Source of the DNA: Halomicronema hongdechloris C2206
GTDB taxonomy: Bacteria; Cyanobacteriota; Cyanobacteriia; Phormidesmidales; Phormidesmidaceae
Assembly (NCBI RefSeq): GCF_002075285.3
Contig: NZ_CP021983.2
Location: forward strand, 4,890,001-4,922,000
Length of the DNA stretch: 32,000 nucleotides
Reading direction: 5' to 3'
Both the position numbers and the translations under genes were made by a program. Below are positions 25,966-32,000 of this stretch, piece after piece. Positions within the stretch are counted from its first letter, which is position 1, and each line of letters opens with the position of its first letter. The notes beneath the pieces were generated by a model. The model saw nothing but the letters and a program-made list of their open reading frames with translations, was not told the origin of the DNA and searched no databases.

Positions 25966-26589
25966 TCAAAGTTGAGTGGGATTGGGAGCACCCCCGTAGA
26001 CGGTGGCGGGGTCAAAGGTCTTGGTCTTTTCCGTAAACGTGAGCGCAATGGGCCGATTAACCTCAACCCCCTCGTCGCCAGGGGAAATCTGGCGGTAAAA
26101 GCAAGAGCGATAGCCCACATGGCAACTGGCTCCTGACCCAAATACCTTGACCTTCATCAACAGGCAATCCTGGTCATCATCAATCAGCAATTGCTGCACG
26201 GTCTGCACCAGGCCGCTGGTCGCACCTTTATGCCAGAGCTGCTGACGGCTGCGACTGTAGTAGTGGGCTTCGCCCGTTTCGAGGGTTTTCAGCAATGCTA
26301 CTTCATTCATGTAGGCGTGCATCAGCACCTCGCCGGTTGCAGCATCCGTGGTGACGACGGGGATGAGCCCATGGGCGTCAAACTTAGGGGCCAGAAGCAT
26401 TCCTTCTTCGACAGCTTCAACCGAGGTACGGGCGGCAAAGGGTGATGACATAGGGCAGAGAGTAACAATGACAAGCGCTGGTCTAGGGCAAATAGGTGGC
26501 CTCAGCTGGGCCTGAGAGCGTCGACTGGTGGTTGATTCGGGAACTGCGGCAGCCTCTTTCTCGGTTTGCTCTAAATTTGCAGACATCAA
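25966..26589 (-). CDS. hisI: Monofunctional phosphoribosyl-AMP cyclohydrolase
   Basis: Motifs [52 protein letters not shown] and [10 protein letters not shown]. The N-terminal 46 aa may not be translated; an alternative ATG lies at 26451. Confidence 0.8.
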   Translation of the reverse strand: MMSANLEQTEKEAAAVPESTTSRRSQAQLRPPICPRPALVIVTLCPMSSPFAARTSVEAVEEGMLLAPKFDAHGLIPVVTTDAATGEVLMHAYMNEVALLKTLETGEAHYYSRSRQQLWHKGATSGLVQTVQQLLIDDDQDCLLMKVKVFGSGASCHVGYRSCFYRQISPGDEGVEVNRPIALTFTEKTKTFDPATVYGGAPNPTQL

Positions 26590-26635
26590 CTTTACCGAGA
26601 CTTTATATCTGTCTCAGTATATATCCCATAAGGTG

Positions 26636-26652
26636 AGAATGATAATCATTCT
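26636..26652. promoter_or_regulatory. Zur-type palindrome, perfect 8-1-8, in the hisI / PEP-CTERM divergent promoter
   Basis: AGAATGAT-A-ATCATTCT, read directly. Confidence 0.8.
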
Positions 26653-26673
26653 GGTCGAATTGAGGTTTTCTCT

Positions 26674-27474
26674 ATGCTCAGTTTTGGCAAGTCAATCATT
26701 GCGATCGCCCACAAAAAGGGGGGCGCGATGGTCCTCCGGACCGGCTCCGCCATCGCAGCCGGCACAACCCTGAGTCTACTTACCATTAATCCTGCCCAAG
26801 CAGCTACCTTTGAGATTTCATGGACGGGACAAATTCTGGGCTACAGTGCCGAGGGTCGTTTCAGCTACGACGACACCCAAACCTTTGAAGATGGAATTGT
26901 GCGAGGTGACGATTTAGACGCGTTTGACATTGCCTTCTTCGACCCGCAGGGCAATCTGATCCAAGAATTTGAGGATAACCACCTTACCTATCCAGAGTTC
27001 AACTTTAATTTCGACACCCAAACGGGTGAAATTCTGCAAGATGGCTTTTTCGATGAGCCGAATGGCATTAACGTTGGAGAATTTACGGTTCTGTTCGATG
27101 ACGCGGGGGACACTATTGGGGCAACGGGACTGAACTTCTGGTCGGCGGCTCCCGTTGAAGATGGAGAACCTGTCCCCCATGTTCACCTAACCGATTTTGG
27201 CAATAACTTTCCTGACCTGCCGATAGGCTTCGTCCCCCCCGAGTTTGTCGAGGAGTCCCCCAATTTGTCGGTACGCGTTCGTCCCCATCTCGATGTCGCT
27301 TTCTTTACCCGCACACAGGCACAGCTTTTGGATGATCCAGATGCAGGTGATCAGCTCGGCCAGAGGATGGTTGCAACCCCGGTACCTGAACCGGGTGCTT
27401 TAGTCGGACTGGGTGCGATCGCATTGCTAGCCGCTCGTTTGCGGAGAAAATCTGGTGCGATTGACTCGATATGA
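26674..27474 (+). CDS. PEP-CTERM-anchored secreted protein
   Basis: It has an N-terminal signal peptide. The C-terminus is VPEPGALVGLGAIALLAARLRRK, that is, a PEP motif, a TM helix and a basic tail. Confidence 0.8.
   Translation: MLSFGKSIIAIAHKKGGAMVLRTGSAIAAGTTLSLLTINPAQAATFEISWTGQILGYSAEGRFSYDDTQTFEDGIVRGDDLDAFDIAFFDPQGNLIQEFEDNHLTYPEFNFNFDTQTGEILQDGFFDEPNGINVGEFTVLFDDAGDTIGATGLNFWSAAPVEDGEPVPHVHLTDFGNNFPDLPIGFVPPEFVEESPNLSVRVRPHLDVAFFTRTQAQLLDDPDAGDQLGQRMVATPVPEPGALVGLGAIALLAARLRRKSGAIDSI
26729..26752 (-). repeat. HIP1-splitting mini-hairpin element, 24 nt, inverted orientation, in frame
   Basis: GCGA | T GGTCC TCC GGACC GGC TCC GCC A | TCGC. It adds MVLRTGSA inside the signal peptide (..HKKGGA[..]IAAGTTLSLL). 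Confidence 0.75.
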
Positions 27475-27526
27475 TTTGCTCGTCCCAGACACTGACCTAA
27501 AAATCTCACACACATCCTTTAAATCC

Positions 27527-28492
27527 ATGCTGACATTCCTACTTAAGCTCTCCGCCTGGAGCGTCGTTCCCCTGCTCGGTACGTTGCTGCTGCCTGCATC
27601 CGTCGAAGCAGCCCTCTTTTACGCTACAGGACAGCGTCTGACCCAAGCTGTTCCAGGCGTTCACGATGATATCCGTGAAAACTTTTTGTTTGCGGTGGAT
27701 TCAACAACAGGCATTGCCACCCCCGTTTCACCTGAGACCAGCGGATTACCGTCAGCCTTAGCGGGGACAGCGGAGCAGCGACTGTTGGGCTATCAATTTA
27801 GCGGCCAACTAGTGGAGATTGATCTAAACTCTGCCACCCAAACCCCCATCGGTGAACCCACCGACCTAGCTGCCACCAGTTTTGACGTCCTGGAGGATGG
27901 TAGAGGATTTATTGTGCCTTTTGATGAGAGTTTCAATACTCAACAACTCCATCAAATTGACGTAACCACAGGAGCAGCCATTCCTCTGGGCTCATCTCAG
28001 GCGGTTGGCGATGCGGTTGACAATGCCCGCAGTACTCAACTGGGCACAGCCAACCCTTTTGTAATTAGTCTGGGGTCGGTTGATAATAGCCTCTATGGCA
28101 TCGACCTCGATACTGAGTCCTTGATTCAGTTTGATCCAGAGACGGGAGACGCTGCTGTTGTCGGCGAGGTGGGCGCTGTAACCGCAGACGATCGCGCTGT
28201 ATTTAGCGGTTTTGCGGCGTTGACAGGGGTTGACACCGATACTGATGGCCAGTTTGATGCTCTCTTTGGCAATGTCAACTTTATCGATGATGACAACGAT
28301 CCGGCAACGCCGGTTCAGCGTCTGGGTGGGATTGCTCGCTACGACCTGAGCGATGGCTCTTGGGATCTAGTGGGGACTAACCCCGGCGTTATTTTCTTTG
28401 GATTTGGGGCCTCTCCTGCTGCTGTCCCTGAACCGGGTGTTCTACTGGGCCTTCTCAGTCTCGGATTCTTGGGCGGGTGGAAGAGGCGGTAA
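27527..28492 (+). CDS. PEP-CTERM-anchored secreted protein
   Basis: The signal peptide MLTFLLKLSAWSVVPLLGTLLLPASVEA starts at the ATG at 27527. The C-terminus is VPEPGVLLGLLSLGFLGGWKRR. Confidence 0.75.
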   Translation: MLTFLLKLSAWSVVPLLGTLLLPASVEAALFYATGQRLTQAVPGVHDDIRENFLFAVDSTTGIATPVSPETSGLPSALAGTAEQRLLGYQFSGQLVEIDLNSATQTPIGEPTDLAATSFDVLEDGRGFIVPFDESFNTQQLHQIDVTTGAAIPLGSSQAVGDAVDNARSTQLGTANPFVISLGSVDNSLYGIDLDTESLIQFDPETGDAAVVGEVGAVTADDRAVFSGFAALTGVDTDTDGQFDALFGNVNFIDDDNDPATPVQRLGGIARYDLSDGSWDLVGTNPGVIFFGFGASPAAVPEPGVLLGLLSLGFLGGWKRR

Positions 28493-28686
28493 CTCCCTGA
28501 ACTCAGCCACCTCGAAAGGATCATTGGCAGCGGTTCGGGCAGTACGTTGCTATGGGTTTCATGACTTGCCAATCGTCAAATACAGAATTCGACCCGAATT
28601 TTTGAAGAGGGGCAGGGAGCATCTCATTTTTGCGAGAACCCAGCATCTGTGCTGAGATGAAAGGGTAGTCTCTACCCCAAAAGCTC

Positions 28687-29755
28687 TTGTCCCCCGAAGA
28701 CCAAGCCGCCTTAGCCCAGCATAGCCGCGAGATTGCCAAGATTCTGCATCGCAATAGCCCTCCTGAAGCCGTTGACACACTTGAAGGCATTGAAACGACG
28801 GTGCGGCAGCAGATGCTGGAGCACGTCAGTCCCGAAGTGGGAATTTTTTTGTCGAAGCGTGCACCCAAACCCAACGGGGACGCCCCCGGCAGCTAAAAAG
28901 TGTTCTGGGGACCCTCCCGATTCGGGAACAGCAAGCCCAGCGGTTGGGCCTCGAACCCCACGGTTCGTCTCAGCCCGCTCTTTGAGAAATGTGCGTTGCG
29001 GGTTGCGGCCTGCCAAAGCTATGGGAAAAGGCGAAACCGACGTGTCCGTTTTAACGGGGATGTCGTTGAGTCATTCAACGCTGCAACGCCTCGTGCAACG
29101 CCAACGTGAGACCCCACCGGAGGCGAAGCAGACGGTCACCGAGATCAGTGTCGATGGCGGTAAAGTGCGCCTGCGGCATCCGGAAAAAGGCGAACCCAGT
29201 TACTGGAAAGAATACAAGAGTGCTCGGGTCGAGAATCTGTACTATGGGGCGGCGTTTCAGGCAAATGACTGGCTGCAAGACTGGCTAAATAGCCAACCGT
29301 TAGCGAACCCCATCATCTGCCTTGGCGATGGGCATCGGGGCGTCTGGGCGGTGTTTCGTCCCATCGCCACCGTGGAAACCCGTTTAGAAATTCTCGATTG
29401 GTACCACTTGGTCGAAAACCTCTATGGAGTTGGGGGCTCATTAAAACGGCTGAAACAAGCCAAAGCTCTGTTATGGGAAGGGCGGGTTGATGAAACCCAG
29501 GCGTTATTTACCGACTGCGCTCTGGAGCAAGCCCGGCGATTCTGTGATTACTTGGAGCGACATCGTCACCGAATTGTGAATTACGGCTATTTTCAAGCTG
29601 AACAAATCTGTTCGATTGGCTCAGGTGCAGTTGAGTCAGCCATCAAGCAGATTGACCATCGCATGAAACTCCCAGGCGCTCAATGGGTGCCCGACAATGT
29701 TCAGCAAGCCTTGCAGGTGCGATGTGCCTATCTGAATAGAGCCTACGATTGTTGA
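28687..29755 (+). pseudogene. ISKra4-like transposase, decayed by an in-frame TAA at 28894-28896 and a frameshift near 29025-29035
   Basis: Three ORF pieces (28687-28896, 28900-29109, 28733-29755) tile one protein: ...EDQAALAQHSREIAKIL...LSPLFEKCALRVAACQSYGK / GETDVSVLTGMSLSHSTLQRLV...ILDWYHLVENLY. The frame switch sits at an A run (GGGAAAAGG). My family assignment is from memory of ISKra4-type sequences. Confidence 0.6.
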
Positions 29756-30573
29756 TGTTTTTGCAACTTTGAGATGCTCCCGAGGGGCACCATGATAAAG
29801 GACAGCGTTCTCGCCCAAAGCGGCAGACGTTTGGGATAGTTGGCAAACTGAGCCAGGTAGTAAACTTCGTCTTTGAGGGTAATGCCATCCGCCCAGGTCT
29901 CTACTTCTCTGCCGCTGTCGATACCTGACTTGAATTCGGCGTCTGTTTTGGAAACAGTATCGTGGCGGGCGGTATGGTTTGCTGATTTGCGGTTCAGTAC
30001 ATCAAATACAAATTCTGCGGGAGCCAGGCGATCGCGGATTTGCAGGATCAGCGATCGATTTTCTGCCTCACTTAAATAAGGAGACACCCCTTCCATCAGG
30101 ATCAGCAGGGGCTGATCGACAGAGTGCTGGATCTGATCGATCCAGGAAAAATCGAGAATTGACGCTGGAATGAACCGATAGCGATCATTTTCTTGAAAAA
30201 ACCTCTGGCGAAACTCAATCACTTCAGGAAAGTCAACGTCATACCAACGCACGCCGCCGTTATCCAGGCGGGTAAAGCGAGTACACAATCCGCAGCCCAG
30301 GTTGACTACAACGGCATTGGGATGAGCCTTAAGGAATTGTTGGGTTATGTGATCGTATTCCTGCACTCGAACCACAACACCCAGTTGGGAAGCCCAGCCC
30401 TTGGCATATTTGTCAAAGTCATAATTCGTTCGCTCGACAATTTCAACTGCTTCAGGATCTTGAAAAAAGCTATCCGAGCGCTGGGTCTCAACGTAGCGAG
30501 CATACAGGGTAATCATTAGGGTTTCGGCTACCCCAGTTAATGGATCTGCGGATTCTTTCTGAGTGCTAGTCAT
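29743..30573 (-). CDS. Class I SAM-dependent methyltransferase (COG3315/TcmP-like O-methyltransferase family)
   Basis: VVNLGCGLCTRF (SAM motif I) and LLILMEGVSPYL match the Leu-carboxyl/polyketide O-methyltransferase family pattern. Confidence 0.7.
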   Translation of the reverse strand: MTSTQKESADPLTGVAETLMITLYARYVETQRSDSFFQDPEAVEIVERTNYDFDKYAKGWASQLGVVVRVQEYDHITQQFLKAHPNAVVVNLGCGLCTRFTRLDNGGVRWYDVDFPEVIEFRQRFFQENDRYRFIPASILDFSWIDQIQHSVDQPLLILMEGVSPYLSEAENRSLILQIRDRLAPAEFVFDVLNRKSANHTARHDTVSKTDAEFKSGIDSGREVETWADGITLKDEVYYLAQFANYPKRLPLWARTLSFIMVPLGSISKLQKHQQS

Positions 30574-30703
30574 GGGTATTCACCGTTGTTTAGGTAGTGC
30601 GATCGCAAGCCGACATGGGTCAAATCAGCCGTCTCAGGTCTGTATCATGCCCTTCTCTCAAGACCCGGTGCTTGGAAAAGCGCTGGATGGGCCTGATTAT
30701 TAA

Positions 30704-30718
30704 TGAGAATATCTCTCA
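30704..30718. promoter_or_regulatory. Weak Fur/Zur-like inverted repeat upstream of the methyltransferase gene
   Basis: TGAGA-ATATC-TCTCA shares the GAGAAT half-site with the Zur-type boxes but is otherwise divergent. Confidence 0.3.
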
Positions 30719-30781
30719 ATAGTTTAGGGATATTGTAACTTGACTAACGGTCAGTAGGGGCTCACAAACCATGACTCTGCT

Positions 30782-32000
30782 TCAGGTAGATGTCCCAAAA
30801 ACTGCGCCTCCCCAGGCCAACAGCATTGAAAACGCGATCGCGGCGATCGCCTGGCGAGCCATCAGCCCCACTGCAAACCGCATCGACTGTTCGCGGGCAA
30901 TGGTGAGTGCAGTGACCAAGCAGGGCAGCAACACCCCGGCCAGGTACACCCCCGTCAAGATTTGCAGGGGGGTGAGTACTGCCAATGTGTCTGGTTCGGC
31001 AAAGAGCAGCAGTCCGTCTTTGCGAATCGAGGCCAAGATCACAGGTACAGCCGCCTCTGGAGGCAGACCAAACAACCCCATCAGGGGATTGATCCAGCCT
31101 GCTAGAGCAATGATCAGACCGAGCCAGTCCAACACTGAAGCGATGACAGTAATCACTAAAAAGATGGGAATCGCATTGGTGAAAAACTGGCTGAGGGTGC
31201 TTTGGGTTTCGCGCCAGATGGCCGACCAGCGGGGCATTTCCAAAAAGGTGCGCCGCTCAATCATCAGGGCGTTGTGGGGAGAGCGGGCGGCTTTAGGCGC
31301 AATCAGGCGGGTGTAGATCAGCGTGGTCAGGGTCAAATAGCCCAGGTAGGGCACCACTAAACCGGGCAAATTGGCAGCGCTGAAGACCCCCAGGGTGGCC
31401 CCGAACTGGTAAGAACAGGCGGAGCCAAAAGCGATCGCACTCACACAGGTCTGCCGGGAACAACTGGAACAGGCGCGAGTGCTGATCACGGCGGGCACAT
31501 TGCAGCCAAACCCCATAATTACCCGCACCAAATCTCGCCCGGATAGGCCAAACGGTCTCAGGAGTGGATGCAGCGCTACGGTAAGGCGCTCCACCAATCC
31601 GCTGGCCTTGTATGCGCCTAGAAACAGGGCATACAGCATCACCGTCGGCACCGCCCAGACGAATAACAGCGGCCCCATGGTGACTAAGCCATAGCGGCCA
31701 ATCAAAATCGCCTCTAGCAGCGAGGGGGCCTGAGCTAGGACATTGACCAAAGGGGCTAATCCGGCTTGTATCAGTGGATCGAGCAGGCCCGCGACGCCAT
31801 TGGCAACCCAAACGGCAATGACCGCAGGCAACAGCAGCAATAGGATGGCCAGCAACCCACCCCAGCGGGGATGTTCCAACCAGGTGGGCGCGGGCTCGAT
31901 TCGCCAGCCCGCCGGAATCGGGTGCCATTGCTGGGGGAAGGGAACTGGAGTCTGCAACCCCTCTAGAATCTGCTGGCGTTGTCCTGGGCTTAAATGACGG
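30782..32000 (-). CDS. feoB: FeoB-type ferrous iron transporter, membrane (nucleoside-recognition/gate) domains; 5' end outside the window
   Basis: A polytopic protein with GFGCNVPAV and SIRKDG-type motifs. The frame stays open upstream of the TTG at 31957 to the window edge (..RHLSPGQRQQILEGL..). Confidence 0.7.
   Translation of the reverse strand, partial: RHLSPGQRQQILEGLQTPVPFPQQWHPIPAGWRIEPAPTWLEHPRWGGLLAILLLLLPAVIAVWVANGVAGLLDPLIQAGLAPLVNVLAQAPSLLEAILIGRYGLVTMGPLLFVWAVPTVMLYALFLGAYKASGLVERLTVALHPLLRPFGLSGRDLVRVIMGFGCNVPAVISTRACSSCSRQTCVSAIAFGSACSYQFGATLGVFSAANLPGLVVPYLGYLTLTTLIYTRLIAPKAARSPHNALMIERRTFLEMPRWSAIWRETQSTLSQFFTNAIPIFLVITVIASVLDWLGLIIALAGWINPLMGLFGLPPEAAVPVILASIRKDGLLLFAEPDTLAVLTPLQILTGVYLAGVLLPCLVTALTIAREQSMRFAVGLMARQAIAAIAFSMLLAWGGAVFGTST

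Noticed and set aside
25966-26589. The 46-aa N-terminal extension of HisI taken as a real domain
   Set aside because: It is low-complexity with no HisI homology, and a shorter start at 26451 gives a normal HisI. I kept the long ORF coordinates but do not consider the extension established.
525-31928. Long antisense or overlapping ORFs in the track (for example 525-950 minus, 3388-3828 plus, 7111-7443 plus, 10459-11073 minus, 16065-16466 minus, 30771-31316 plus, 31293-31928 minus)
   Set aside because: Each lies opposite or out of frame to a gene with clear family signatures. Each has low-complexity, Arg/Pro/Gly-rich composition typical of shadow ORFs in GC-rich DNA. None shows a recognisable motif.

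Overview
The window is a cyanobacterial chromosomal segment: it has many HIP1 GCGATCGC octamers and CcmM-, GUN4-, DUF1830- and PEP-CTERM-type genes. Its backbone is a large zinc-homeostasis cluster with these parts:
- a divergent smtB/smtA metallothionein pair (smtA is missing from the ORF track);
- a short CDF-type transporter and a second ArsR-type sensor;
- three near-identical Zur-type palindromes.

The palindromes sit in front of three gene sets:
1. a decayed FAD oxidoreductase, divergent from an operon of one P-loop protein and two metallophosphoesterases;
2. znuA-znuC-znuB-DUF1830-COG0523-folE-COG0523(His-rich)-cysS;
3. hisI plus a gamma-carbonic-anhydrase/CcmM-like gene, divergent from two PEP-CTERM genes.

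Several mobile layers interrupt this backbone:
- Two AT-richer islands (about 3.9-6.3 kb and 18.2-24.95 kb) have ORFs all on the + strand, followed by integron-type attC sites (RYYYAAC...GTTRRRY imperfect hairpins). No integrase is in the window, so they resemble attC clusters lacking an integrase.
- An IS66-family element with an 8-bp target duplication sits inside a leucine-rich-repeat gene.
- An ISKra4-like transposase is decayed.
- Five copies of a 24-51 nt double-hairpin mini-element each split a HIP1 octamer inside an ORF.

Six single-nucleotide frameshifts are also visible. They could be real decay or assembly errors. I saw no rRNA, tRNA or CRISPR array.
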